From the human T2T-CHM13v2.0 reference genome, Homo sapiens, in the NCBI RefSeq assembly GCF_009914755.1, contig NC_060926.1: DNA of 64,000 nt. One strand, given 5' to 3'. This document shows, piece by piece, positions 1-13,024 of this stretch. Position 1 is the stretch's first letter; every line of letters begins with the position of its first letter. The notes below the pieces were generated by a model. That model ran no database searches. It was not told where the DNA came from and saw nothing but the letters and a program-made list of their open reading frames with translations. The position numbers were made by a program, and so were the translations under genes.

Positions 1-569
1 AATCTCATTCTGAAACAAGCTGTCTGATCTCTCTTTGCCTGGGCCCTGCCCATTTTTACACCTTTTGGAGACCCTAACATAGCTTAACCAGAGTACACAG
101 GCTTGAGAAGACTTAAGAATTCTAATGAGGGGGAATAAAAGGACATAAGAAAATGAGTAGACAAGAGAGCTCTCTAATATTCTTGGCTTCTCAGCTTTCT
201 AAAAGAAATTGTATTTATGCCATAGTTATTGACTGGAGCCATATATCTTACATGCTGATGATAGGCAAATATCCTGGGGTCTTTTGAAAAAAGGAATGTA
301 TCAAGTACAAACTCAATTAACTGATTAAATTTTTTGATTACTAGAGAGAGATCAGACATCTCTGCATTTTTCAATCTTAGTTATTGAAAGTACTTTCAAA
401 TATACATTAATCAACTTTCCTGCTTTGGTAAGTACAATATCCTGAACCTCACTGACTATTTCTTCACAGGTTTAAAATCTTAAAATCCTGAGGGTCATAA
501 TTTGAACATCAATCTCATCATACCTGACATTAATATGGCAAGTGTCCCTGGCACATTTTGCCTTACAGT

Positions 570-770
570 AGACTCTAAACTTCTTAAAGGCAAGAACCAC
601 ATTCAAATTCTGATTCTACCAGGTGTCATGTTTGTGATATTCAGTGAGAGTGTCTAATTCTCAGTTTCCCCACCTAAGAACAGGAAGAGACAGCCTACCC
701 CTCAGGTTGTTGGAAGAATACAAATTCCTAACATATAGTGAATAACACACAGTAGGACTTGGTGAATGTT
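570..770 (+). mobile_element. L2 3'-end remnant followed by MIR core/3' fragment
   Basis: tagactctaaacttcttaaaggcaagaacc resembles the L2 3' end; ctcagtttccccacct...ggttgttggaagaat resembles the MIR core. Confidence 0.6.
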
Positions 771-1004
771 CTTTCCTTCCTCCTTAATAATTTTTTCTTG
801 AATCAAATTTAAATGAGTGGAGGAGGTGAGAATACATTTGTTCTAATACTAGGGCATAAAGAAAAAAAACCATGCCTCACTATATTTTGCTTTACAAATT
901 GCATTTCTCATCAGAAAGTGGGGTGACAGAGAATTCCAGCACACTGAGATTTCTAATTATTTGGTTCCAATTAGTAATTGGGCATACACTTGACAACATG
1001 TATC

Positions 1005-1505
1005 ACATGTCCTTTGCCCCAGCAATCCCACTCAGTCATTTATCCTAAGGAAGGAATTGAGAATGAACAAGAATGAATAAACAAGGATATTCACTGACCT
1101 GTTTTTTATAATATTAAAATATCAGAAACAACATAAATACTCATCAATAGGTGAATGGTAAAACATATTTCACATCAACCATACATCAGAATAATACAAA
1201 ACCATTAGAAATTATAATTAGCTTTTTATTTATAGAGTTATAATGTGTCAATAAAATATTGTTAAGAGGACAAAGCACATTACAAGAGTATATATAAATT
1301 CGGTATTCTAGTTTTGTCAAAATTTATGTAGGTGTATGTATGTATTTATAAAAAAAAGTCTTGAAAAATACACACCAACATGCTCATATGTTTATGTCCA
1401 AGGGGTAGGATTATGAATGATTTCCTCTTCCTTTTTAATATATTTCTTTTGACCTGAATTCCTTTACAACAAGCATATATTACTTCTATAATCAACAAAT
1501 AATAA
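1005..1505 (+). mobile_element. Ancient L1ME-type 3' fragment
   Basis: ccagcaatcccact...tatcctaagg, tcaataggtgaatgg, aaaatacacaccaa and an aataaa terminus match old L1 ORF2-end/3'UTR. Confidence 0.7.
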
Positions 1506-1665
1506 AGCACTTTTATTTTAAGAATTAAAATTTTTTTGTTGCAAAAAATGCCAATCAACAATTCTGTACTACAAAATCCTGAAAAACCCAAGTTTTATGG
1601 ACCTTTTCTCATTGATTCTCAAACAGAAGGGAGAAGTCTCATTATTGCTGTTTATAGATCGAAGT

Positions 1666-1902
1666 CACGCTTTCTAAACCTTGGCACTACTGGCATTTTT
1701 GGCTGGGTAATTCTTCGTTGTGGGGCATTGTCCCATGCACTATAAGATGTTTTGCAGCAGCTCTGACTCTTACTCACTAGAAGCCAGTAACACACACCCT
1801 TTCCCCAAGTTGTGACATCCAAAAATGTCTCTAAACATTGTCAAATGTCCCTGGTGTTCAGGGGGAGGAGGAGGGAGGAAATTGCCCAGTTGAAAACCAC
1901 TG
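1666..1902. mobile_element. MER20 hAT-Charlie non-autonomous DNA transposon
   Basis: Diagnostic segments ggcactactggcattttt, ctcactagaagccagta and aaaaatgtctctaaacattgtcaaatgtccc; ends in gttgaaaaccactg. Confidence 0.9.
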
Positions 1903-1924
1903 TTCTAAGAAAACTGGAGGGCTG

Positions 1925-2047
1925 GAATTAAAACTCACGTTTACCACTCATTGGGTGATTCGACCTCTCTGTGTTCCAGTTCCTCATCAACAGAATGACT
2001 ATCTAACCTTACAGATATCTTTTGGTCCCGAAATCTAGAATTTTATG
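1925..2047 (+). mobile_element. MIR3-type fragment
   Basis: acctctctgtgttccagttcctcatc core with a MIR3-like ...tctagaattttatg tail. Confidence 0.5.
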
Positions 2048-2154
2048 GGTTTGTAGAAAATCAACTGGGTTAAATAGAAAGTCTAGCGTCATGCAGAAAA
2101 CCAAAAATACAGATAGAAATGTAGCTAGGTTTTCTGATTGCAATTTTGTACCTG

Positions 2155-2555
2155 TTCATTCACTTGTGTGGCAAATATTTATTGTCTATTATATCCCAGG
2201 CACCATGATAGGCACTGGGAAAGAGTAGTAAACCAAAAAATGAGATTCTTTCATGGAGCTTACCTTTGGCTGAGAAAAACAAACCAGAATCTTGTAGGGT
2301 TAATAAGTAAGAGTATTTTAGATGGTAGTAAGTGACATAAAGTAGGTAACATGTAATAGATAACTACTGGAACGGTATTGGGGGAAGTAAGTAACATAGG
2401 ATAAGGTGGTCCAGGAAGCCCCCAGAGGAGTTGTTACTTGGACTAAGATCTGGGTGATAATGAGGACAGAGCCAAGCAAAGGTCAATGGGAAGAATGTCC
2501 CCATGACAGAGGGAATTGACGTGTATAAGCAGTGACATGGAAAAGAGCTTGGAAC
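2155..2555 (-). mobile_element. L2 3' fragment
   Basis: ttcattcac...aaatatttattg...ccaggcacc...ggcactggg, catggagcttac and gggaagaatgtccc...cagagggaa match antisense L2. Confidence 0.8.
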
Positions 2556-3932
2556 TGCATTCATGACAATACAATAGCAATATGTACATGGTTAGAGAGG
2601 TACCAAAAGAAATTGCGTCAATTTATATTATTAGTAGCATGGGGAAAATGCAAGTGGAAAAATAATCTCTGGTTTTTCCATAGGAGAGTGATTATAGTGG
2701 AAATTAGATCCAGAAAAAGCTCTCATATCATGGCCTTCATTCATAATGCAATTGAAAAATTGTGTTTGGGGAAATTCTGGAAACAAATGCCCCCAAAACT
2801 CATCAATGCCTTTCTATCATCATTTAGTACTAGGAGGGGGGTGCCAAGAAGATGTCTACTGAATTGCTAAAGCAATAAATTGAGGAGATAATCTTTTTCA
2901 TGGTTGGTATGCTCAGGGGGAATAGGTCCAGCAGATAAAATGATAACTAGATTTAGTTGACAATTTGCTTTGAGTAAAATGTCGAGCTTGTAAATAATTT
3001 TAAAATAGCCTGTCATTCAATTGTGGTGTGTCCTTTAAGAAATTTTAATCGATGGAAAACACATTTCTCAAACACAGCTTCTAACCCCTGTGAAACCAGC
3101 TATTGGTTTAAACAAAAAGCTGTGACACAATCAGATCTGTGTGTGCAGTAGCTTACTAAGGAGAGTGAATTGAACTACAACCCCAGAATTTCATATTATA
3201 ACAATATTCTGCAACCTAAGAATTAGCTATTGAGATGACATGTGATGTGGAAACACACAACTTGTTCAGCCCTTTTTGCTCAAGGGCACTGAGAAGCTGA
3301 GGTTTCCATCCACTCATCAGAAACAATCAACATACACATAAACTTTTGGCTGCAAATGGATTGTCTGTTTGGTATCTTTGCCAAAAGCTCAGCATTATAG
3401 AGAAAAAGAAAGTGAAAGGGAGAGAAAGGTGGAGGGAGAGGAAAGATATAGCAACTGTCTGAAATTAGGGTCTAGTGTCACCTTGAGAAGATGAACTCAA
3501 GAATAAAAATTCTACTACAGAATTTGGGGGTGGGGGAATCTCTCCTCACTCCCACAACTATCAGTAATCTAAGCTAAAATCCCTTTCTACAGTGACATCC
3601 ATGTCAAAATGGGGAAGAATAGTGATCATTCTAAATGTAACATGAGCAATTTGTCGCCTTTTCCAGGCCCACTGCTTCCCCACTGTGGGTGCTGCAGAGG
3701 CAGTGGCTTTTCTTCCTCTTTCCCCTCTTCAACCCTGCCCAAGGCTGCACTGCTGGGGCACACAGCCTGGTGGCCTCCTCTGACTAAGCTGTTATTTTCC
3801 TGAAGAACTTTTTATCAAAGGAAACCAATCATTGTCCAGCCCCTGGTGTCAGGAGATGCAGCAGCAAAACCCCAAAGGCAATAGAAAGCTCTGGTTTTTT
3901 TAGGTTGAAACTCCTGGAGAAGATGTCTTGGG

Positions 3933-3954
3933 TTGTTTGTTTGTTTGTTTGTTT
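3933..3954. repeat. (TTTG)n microsatellite
   Basis: ttgtttgtttgtttgtttgttt read directly. Confidence 0.9.
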
Positions 3955-5504
3955 CTTGCTTGGATCTGGAGAACATTCTCTCTCTTTTTTTTCAACATTG
4001 ACATGGATTATAAAGATATCATCCCAAATTGCTAGCATGGCAAATAAACCAATACAATTAGAGAATAAGGACACCTCCTGAGCATTTAACTGAGGCTGGC
4101 TAGGTGTTTATTTTTAATGAATTGATTGTCATCGATTATCAAAACATATATGTATTGATTTTATCCCTTATATCTTGGAGGCTAAATAATCTGCAAAGCT
4201 ATTAATCCTGGATAGATTTAAAGATAATAGATAATGATGCATTATTCATAAATGTTGTACAGCAGGATATCCATTATACAACTGTTACTCTCTAGCAATA
4301 TCACTTTCACATACATCTGTTATTATTTTATTTAAGCCAGATTGTCAGAAATTTTAGGAATGCTAATTTTTAACATTCAGCTTTATAACGAAATATCAAT
4401 TCCTTTTTTTTCAGTCTAATGCAACCATGGAGACTGTATGAAGATGTTGCTTCCCTACCTGCACCTCTGGCCCGATTTACACATAAGCACACTCACAAAG
4501 ATATGTCTACAGGCTGCATGGCTCTGTTATTGACTACTGAATGGTTTCCAGGCTGTCTTTGTCTCAAGGTCAATCAGACTCAAGTTCCACTTTTTTTTTT
4601 CCTCTTGTAGGAAGATTTCTTTATTGGTAAGCTGATTTAAATTCCTTTGCAGATATTGAACCAAATCTGCTCAGGCTGCAGCCTCCTGGGACCTTTCACT
4701 CTGGGCTAAATATAAATAAATACCCATATAGGACAGCTTTTGATGAAACATTAAAGATCACTCTGGTTATATGGCTTCTAGATTTTCTATTTTCTGTATG
4801 AAAAACCCATGGCGGTAAAAAGAACCTTCGCCACGGAAAGGAATAGATTTGTAAATTGCTGCCTATGGACCTCCTGGGACTTAATGGCACAGGGCAAAGA
4901 AGCAGCTGAGCTTGGCAAAGGAAGCAAGATAAATAAAATTAGCCACCAAATCAGCTCCTTTAAAAATACCAGCTGTCAACTCCCTCCAGCGTTTATGAAT
5001 TTGGGGGCATGTTACTGTCACATTGTGTCTCACCCAGGACCAAGCAGCATTGCTCTTTTCAACTGGGAAAGGGTCCCTAACTCCCCTCACAGGGAAAGCT
5101 AATGCAAAAATTTGCCCTTTCTCTTTCACTCTGTCTCCCTTGTCATGTGTGCAAGGAAGAAACCAATCCAGGCCAACCAAGAGTTATTGCTATAATGATT
5201 ATACTTGTCATTGTTTGTTCTTAAACTATTCACCAAGTAATCCCTTTAAAGGGTAGGGCTACTGGCTTTAGAAAGTAAATTTGCTAATGGAGATGAGAGA
5301 TAAGGCTGGAAGAGCAGAAATAAGAGAAGGGCAGGAATCCTGCAATCTTTGTGGGGTGCTTGTCTCTCTATTGTAGCTCCCCAATGGGATCCAGCCTCTG
5401 CAGCTTTGGGAAAGAGCCTTGTACTACTTGACCAGGCATTGAAACTGAGGTACAGCCTCCTTCACAGGTGGAGATGGGAGACACACAACAATTTTAAAAG
5501 CTAA

Positions 5505-5636
5505 CCTTAGCCAGGCCCTGCACTAATTGCTTTGTAAGCATTATCTCACTGAATGCTCCAAACAACCCACCAAGATGGGTAATATTATAACCCCATTTTA
5601 AAAATGAGCAAATTGAGTAGTTAAGCAGTTTGCCCA
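5505..5636 (-). mobile_element. MIR fragment
   Basis: gccaggccctgcactaa...cattatctca...ccccattttaaaaatgagcaaattgag. Confidence 0.8.
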
Positions 5637-6439
5637 CCCTCCTGGAAGACGCACCATGTAGCCTTTTATGATGTATGAGGCACCCTGCTCTTGCTGGGAC
5701 TCAAGGGTGACCAGCAAACCACAGACACATTCTGGAGCCAATCAGTTATGCCCAAGCTGAAAGCATGTGCTTCCAGGTGCATGTAGATTCTTCTGGCCCG
5801 GTGAGAAATCTCTAAGCATTGCTGCATTGCTGGGCAAGTCATCCAGCGAGAATCAGCTGGAATCACACAGATCACATGGAGACCCTGGGGAAAAAAACAC
5901 TGGGACAACTCCTTCTCCTTGTGTCTATTTGCAGCCAGGGGGAAGAACCGGAATGGGATCAGACACAGACTAACCATTTTAATCTTAATTTGCACCTAAC
6001 TATGTACATCCTTTGGCTGGAGGCCAGGAGAATTTCCTGTTACAGTTTATAGAAGCAAAATCATTAAGTATATCTCTTATGTTGCTGTTGATTCTAAGGA
6101 AAAAAAAAGAAATCTTACAAAGCTCAGTCCATGGTTGGCACATAAAGACCATGTGTTGGCTCATTAAAATAGTAATTTTTTGTTATTGTTTATTTTTTAA
6201 AACACATGAAGCTTTTCTACTATGCTTGGATCAGAACTCTGTATAATTCACAGAAAACCACAATCATTGCACAAAAGAAAGCTTCCATTCCAAAACAGGC
6301 AGAATATCAGAATACAAACAGGCAAAATCCACACTCCACAAACTGAATGCAGGACCTGCAGTGAGTGAGCCAGAAGGGTTGGCACAATTCAGACTGGGGG
6401 GAAAAAAATCTATTTTTCCCTCAACCATAGTAAATATGA

Positions 6440-6592
6440 GAGTGCTTTACTCATAAAGAGCTTTCCAATGCTATTATTTTTGTTTGAGCTTCACAAGGCA
6501 ATGAGGGAGATGTGGTCATCCCCCTTTCCAGATTTAGATCAGCTACGTGACTTATCCAAGGTCATGATCAGCAGTGGAGGGAACTCAGGCTA
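6440..6592 (-). mobile_element. MIR fragment
   Basis: atccccctttccagat...gtgacttatccaaggtca...gaactcagg. Confidence 0.65.
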
Positions 6593-8157
6593 CATGTGGC
6601 CAGTTATTTAGCTAGTCCAAGAAAATGGAAGTCATCGGGATTTTTCTGCCTGAATATTTAGCACAAGAGCTGGTCATGGACACCAATAAAAACACACACT
6701 CAAAAGTAACCTTTACCCTCGATGCTGTCTGGGCCCTATCCCTGGGAAGGAAGGTAAATGCCACATGTGCCTGCATTTCTCCCATCACATTCTCTGTTTC
6801 TACTAGGTGTAGTGGGGGGACAGGTTGGTGACAGTCTCTAACCCCCAAGTAACCCCTTAAAAGGGCTACTTGAAGAAAATCAGGGGAGACCAGCAACAAA
6901 GCAAGATGGGTTCCCTTTACCTTCCCATGCTGGAGTGAAAGCATTTGTCTCCCCTGATGTGGCTCCTCTCCTCACTAAATTATTATGTGAGGCACGTGGT
7001 GACAGCACAGAAGGGTTTTCCATAAATTTGAGTTTAAAGGGGATAATACTCGATGTTAAATCGTTAAATTAAATCATTCTTTACAAGACATTTTTACAAT
7101 TTCAAGCCATGTTCCCAACTAGAGCTGCATAGTAAATTAATTACTGCATTAGTAGTTCATTGGTGACTATTGTAAACAATGTTTGTACTAAAAAAAATAC
7201 ACAGAAGTATGTTCCAAATATTTGTTCACATGTTTTGAATGCATTAAAAAGTACTTGTACTGTTTGAGGGGAGAGCATTCTTAGTAATTTTGTTGCCTGC
7301 CCCATTTTATCCTAGAAAGAGTTATATTCATCTCCCATTGGCATATAGGGTAATTTATCACAGTTGCTTATGGAGTTCTGGATAATATAACTGAGGACTT
7401 TTTAGAAGTTGAACCAGGTCAGAGAAAGTTAGTTATTAATCTAGTAAAAACGACTTTAATATGTTGGTTTATAGATATACCAAGAAGAAAGACAAACCAT
7501 TTTTTCACCTCTAATGGCTAAAAATATGAAAGGTAAAAATCCCATGGTAGATAAACATACAACACAAGTCACATACGTTATATCTAGCCATGCCTGTTCC
7601 AAAAACATTTTGCTTTTATTTTTTGAATAAATGGTTAGTCTTATAAAATAATGTATAATAAAGAGAGTATACTTTAGCAAGGTGGTTCCAACTAAAGTGG
7701 GTAAGAAGTATAATTTGGGTAAAAACATTCCCTATGTTATCCATGTAAAAGTAAGCCATACTCAAATTGTATATGAATAACCTGGATTGGTTTTATATGT
7801 AATTTAAGTTTTTTCTAAACATACATACTTAATGCATAGCTGAAAGTCACAAGGAATCAACATAGTTCTATATGAAGAACGGGTTTTTGTAAGAAACATA
7901 TTTACATGTCTTATATCTGCAGAAACCATTTTCTCCAAACTGAAACTTGGCATAACTCATTTGATAAGCTGAAGTACACTCATGGAACAATAAGTATATT
8001 TGAAATCAGGCCTGAGCCCCAAAATTGATCATCTCTGGCAGCTATATCTCTGCAGAGAATAAGATCACACCTAGGCACCCATTTATGTGACAGCTTGTGT
8101 ACACTGTGTGTACACAGGGCAGAGACATATCAAAAGAGAGCTAAAATCCAAAGAAAA

Positions 8158-8575
8158 AAAAACCACCCAAATGTCCATCCGCAGTGAAATTGATAAAGAA
8201 GTTGTGCTACCTACATACAATGGAATACCAAGCGAAACGACAGGGCATGAACTATTACCATCCTTGCAACATGGATGAATGTCAAAACCATAATGTTGAG
8301 CAAAAGAAGCCAGACATGCGAGAAACATGATGTATAGTTTCATTTCTAAACATTTTCATTAATCTGTGATGTTGGAATTCGGGATAGTTGTCACCTTTTG
8401 AAGGGAGAAGTAGTGAACAGGAGGTGGCCCGAGGGGTCTTCTGGGGTCCTGATGTCTTCTATTTCTTCATGTTTAGACTGCTTACACAGTCTAGTCTCAC
8501 TTTTGGAAAATTCATCTAGTTATACACTTATGATACATGCACTTTCTATATGTTAACTATACTTCAATAAGAAGC
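8158..8575 (+). mobile_element. L1ME-type 3' end
   Basis: aaccacccaaatgtccatc, catggatgaat, ataatgttgagcaaaagaagccagac and a tatacttcaataa terminus. Confidence 0.85.
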
Positions 8576-8595
8576 TACTTAAAAAATAAAAATAA

Positions 8596-8735
8596 GCTAG
8601 CAGCAGTGGCTCATGTCTGGAATTCCAGCTACTCAGGAGGCTGAGATGGGAGGACTGCTTGAGCCCAGGAGTTTGAGGCTGCAGTTGACTATGATCGTGC
8701 TACTCTAAAAAAGAAAATAAAATAAAAATTTAAAA
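8596..8735 (+). mobile_element. Truncated Alu monomer (FAM/FRAM-like)
   Basis: ccagctactcaggaggctgagatgggagga...gagcccaggagtttgaggctgcag followed by an A-rich tail. Confidence 0.85.
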
Positions 8736-9050
8736 AGATCACTAAGATAGTGAGCTCCCCCCCAAAGCATGGTTAGCCTAAAGTGCTATGCAGGGTTTGA
8801 ACTCTCCCCATGCCCTATGCAAGGGAGCAGAGCTCCCAGAAGTTTTCAGACAGTCAAAGGAATAGGGACTCGAGATCGTAAGAAAAACCCTCATCTTCTC
8901 AGACCATTGCAGTAAACAAAAACTTCTCATTCCAAAAATAAAAAATAAAAAAATGAGGCAGCACAGGGGGGAAGCCTGTGGCCTCTGCAAGACAAATATC
9001 CCCTAGTGTGTGTTTATTCAGATCAGCCATAGCCTAGTCACACACAGCCA

Positions 9051-9073
9051 GGGATTCCCCGGAGGGGTTTCCC
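9051..9073 (+). promoter_or_regulatory. Tandem NF-kB consensus sites
   Basis: GGGATTCCCC (9051-9060) and GGGGTTTCCC (9064-9073) both fit GGGRNNYYCC. Motif evidence only. Confidence 0.4.
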
Positions 9074-9804
9074 ATGGTTCTAATTAGATGAACTATTTGC
9101 CAGAAGTGTAGACAGCCTCACTCCCTGGAAGAGACTATGTTAGCTTTTGGCAAAATAACCTAGTGGGGAAAGAGTGAATTCTATAAACTTCCTCCGAGCA
9201 TCACCCAGATTTGAGAGGATATTGTAAAAGTAATATTACAGTTCTCCTGCCAAAATTAAGGAAGGGAGGCTTTCATTTGGTTTGAACTTTCTTCAAGAAA
9301 TACACCAAAGCTAATGCATGATTCCATTTGGGCAATACGGGGCTCCGCCTTCCTCACCCAGAGCATTGCTCTGCTTGAAGCCCAGAACCTTCTCGGTAAA
9401 CCATACAGGGAAGCTCACAAATGGGGAAACAAAGCTCAATGCTCCAAGTGAGATTAGGGAAACACCAAAATAAATACTGACAACCAAAAAAGACAATAGA
9501 TAAATACCCTGTAATTCAGCAGGAGCAAGAGGGAGAACAGAACATCATTCTCCACTCTGGCTCTGCTGTCCCTTTATAGCCTTATGTAAATTACCTTACC
9601 TTCCTGAAAAAATTGATATGTAATGCTCTCTCCAAGTCTATGCAAAGCAGGTTGATGGTTGTGAGGGAAAACAGGATTTTCCTGCTTCTCTGGGCATGGA
9701 TCCATATTGCCCCAGTGACAAACATCTTTCTCAAGCCTGACGTCATTCACCATAATCAAGACCCTCTCGTCTCTTGGGGAAAAAAATCCTGGATCTGTAT
9801 AATC

Positions 9805-9880
9805 TTTGGTTCTTCTTCTAACCCTGTCACTTACTTGCAACATCATCTTCAGCTAATCATTTAACCTCTCTGGGCTGCAA
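9805..9880 (+). mobile_element. MIR fragment
   Basis: ctgtcacttacttgc...tcatttaacctctctggg. Confidence 0.55.
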
Positions 9881-11428
9881 ATACTTTGCCAACTGCAATT
9901 GCCCTCATCATTCATCAAATACTCAGAAGAGCAGGATAAAGAATTGCTCTCTATTGCTTTTCACAAGCTTAAGTAACTGAACAGGAAAGCCAGTCTTGCT
10001 TGCTGTGCCCTCCCTTCCCATCTCCATGGGTAAGCCCTGCCCAGCTCAGCCATGGTGACTGAGTCCTGCTTTCTGCAAGAGGTGGGGTGGAGCATGTGAA
10101 TCTCCTGAGTCAAGGAGAGGTGAAGTCTCTTACTGTCTTTCATTGTGAATTAGGAGCCTCTAACTGCTACCCAGGATCCTCCCAGGATTATTGACCCTCT
10201 GGTATTTTCCCTTTCCATGACTTAAAAAGAGACTTTTAAAATTCCCAATTCGGTAAATCTGGTTTTTAAAAGAGTGATCAATGCCAAATCATGATAAAGA
10301 TAAATTTTATTATGGGGGGTTGGAAGGACAGTTATGACCATTGACAGTTTAGAAAGAACATACTTTATAGTAAAAGGTTAGAAGTTAGAGCTCCCAGAAG
10401 GCCAATGAGAAATAAAGTGAAAGCATTGCTGAGATTGAAATTTAAACAAAGGGGAAAGTGCCATTTGATTTCACCCCAAAAGAGTGATTTATATTCACAT
10501 TTTTAGGGCACACATCTGCCGTGAAAGTGAGCAACAACACCTGTAGATTGAAGCCCTTCAGCACTTCCAGCAAAGCCAACACAGAATCAAGAAAACAAAT
10601 GCTTCTCTTAGTCAAGCATGTAATCACATATTTCCAGATGAGAGGCACAAAAAATGATTAAAGGTTTGGGAAATTGGATCTATATAGAAATACTAATGGA
10701 ACTGGCTTCCTATATCCTGGAGAAGAAAAGACTGGTAAGAGTAGAGGGCTCTCCACTTCCCTGTGTGTGAAGGAATGCATGTAACCAGTGACTCTGAGAA
10801 ATACCTGAAGGGAAAAGCAAGATCATTAAAGAACAACCAGATACGTTTTACTTGCATTTGAACGAGATTTTTAAATCTTTGAGTTTTTAAGCTACAGAAA
10901 TCCTTGGAACTATCTCTAATATCAAAAGAGGTCTTGGGGTCTGCCCAAACACACCGCAACAGAGTTACCCTTAACGTCCTTCCTCGGCTGGTTTGATGAG
11001 CAGCAGAAAGAAAGCTAGAGGAACTTTGGGGTACCTCTCAGAATTGTAGTTTTATGACCTTGACAACTACTAAGCTCAACAAGATGGCAGCAGTCTGATC
11101 AGAAATAATAGTGACATCAGTGCATCTTCCTCAATTATCATCCAATTACTGGCACAGGCCTACATCATTTTCCCAGACAACAGAGCTGTGCTGAACCCAA
11201 ATGATGTCACCAATGTGTAGTCATCCAGGTGTGACACCTCAGTGTCATTTTAGACTCATCTCTCTCCCTCACTCCTCACTGACAGTCTATCAACAATGCC
11301 TTCAAGTCGTTTTTTTGTCTTTTGCGTCTCATGTCCATCACCTTCTTTCCTTTCCCAGGGCAAAATCCCAGTTCAGGCAATCATTAACACACTATTTAAT
11401 TCCTGTCTCCTAAATTCAAGTTCTTTCT

Positions 11429-11623
11429 CAATGTTTCTCAAAAGGTGGTCAAAGATCACCTCCAACAAAATCACAAAGAGAGCTTGTTAGAAGTGCAGAA
11501 TTCCCAGGCTCCAGACCACTCACCCTTGGAGAAGCCATAGCTGAGGTTGGCATTCCAGAATCTAAATTTTTAACAGGCTCTCCCCATGTGATATTTGTAT
11601 ACCCTAAAGTTTTAGAAACCCTT
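11429..11623. mobile_element. MER5A-type hAT-Charlie element
   Basis: caatgtttctcaaa...gcttgttagaagtgcagaattcccaggctcc...taaagttttagaaacc. Confidence 0.8.
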
Positions 11624-11729
11624 TTCTACCAATTCAATCCACCTGGAGATTATTCATTCATTTATCTAACAGTGCATGCCAGGAACAGTTCCTCTTTTCA
11701 TCAAGCTGTTTCGTACATTAAAAAGTCTT

Positions 11730-12152
11730 AAGCGTGTTTATCAACAGTAGAAAGGATAAATAAAATGTGATGTGTTCATACAATGGGTTACTATATAGCA
11801 CTAAAATGCACCAATTACCGCTACACAAAACAACAATATGGATAACTCACGGACCATGATGAGCAAAAAGAACTAAACGTATAACAGTACATACAATATG
11901 TTCCATTTATATGGAGTTTAACAGCAGGCTACTCTATGGTGATAGATGTGAGAACAGTGATTTCTAGGGGGTGATATTGACAGGGTAGAGACACAAAGCG
12001 TACCTTCTGAAGTGTCAGAATTGTTGTTTAATCCAGAGGTATTTACTTGTGTGTGTATGTGTGCATATGTATGTGTAAGTAAAAGTTTATTGGAGAATTG
12101 TGTACTTTGCTGTATGTGATTTATACTTCAATTAATACAATAAAAATAAATA
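11730..12152 (+). mobile_element. L1ME-type 3' end
   Basis: atcaacagtagaaaggataaataaaatgtg, ttccatttatatg and tatacttcaat. Confidence 0.8.
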
Positions 12153-12512
12153 AATGTAGTTCTGGGCTTTCGAAAGAGAAGAAGGAGTGAGAGAGAGAGA
12201 GAAACTTGAGTGACTTCACCATTGAGTGAAGAGTAAAATCCAAACTCCTTAGCATGTCTTTTAAGATCTTTCACAATATACTCATAACCTAACTTCAAAC
12301 TGAAGTCCTACCACATCTCTTCTCCAATCAGGCTCACCCTCTTGTGTCTAATTTTATTGAATAGAACTCACGGTTCCTCAACTTCCTTTGCTTCTTCTCC
12401 TCCTTTCTTTGTGATCACATCTCATCAACTAGAGTATTATTCTTTCTCCATCCACATCTTAACCCTACTTGAAGCTCCAATTCTGTTTCCTCATGCCCTC
12501 TTTTCCTGACCA

Positions 12513-12948
12513 CTTTTGGGTTGAATTGAGCTCCCCAAAAAGATATGTTGAGTTTTATCTCCTGGTACCTCATTTGGAAATTAGGGTCTTTGTAAATGTA
12601 ATTAGTTAAATTAACATGAGGTGATACTGGATTAGGGTGGACACTAAATCCAATGACTTGTGTCCTTATAAGAAGGCTATGTGAAGACACACAAAGAGTA
12701 ACATGTGAAGACAGACACAGAGATGGGAGTAATATGTCTGTAAGCCAAGGAATGCCAAGATTGGCCAGCAACCACCAAAAGCTAGGAAAGACACAAGCAA
12801 AGATTCCCTGCTAGAGTCTTCAGAAGGAACCCTGCAACACCTTGATTTTGGACTTCTATCCTCCAGAACTGTGAGAAAATAAATGTTATTTGTTTTAATC
12901 CATCTTGGATGGGGTAATTTCTTAAGACAGCCTGAGGAAACTAATACA
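12513..12948 (+). mobile_element. MaLR solo LTR (MLT1C-like)
   Basis: gggttgaattg...ccccaaaa start, aagccaaggaatgccaag, ccagaactgtgagaaaataaa and ggaaactaataca end. Confidence 0.9.
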
Positions 12949-13024
12949 ACACTCCTACCCAAAGTTATCTCTCTTACTTCTTGACTTCTACAGCTCCTAA
13001 ATTCTAAACATTTCACTTGACACC

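Noticed and set aside
4423-4441. Strong Kozak ACCATGG after an acceptor
   Set aside because: The frame closes after four codons (METV-stop).
10700-10825. Two minus-strand acceptors, one AG|GTATTT
   Set aside because: The GT context is weak and there is no strong downstream donor; this is expected by chance.
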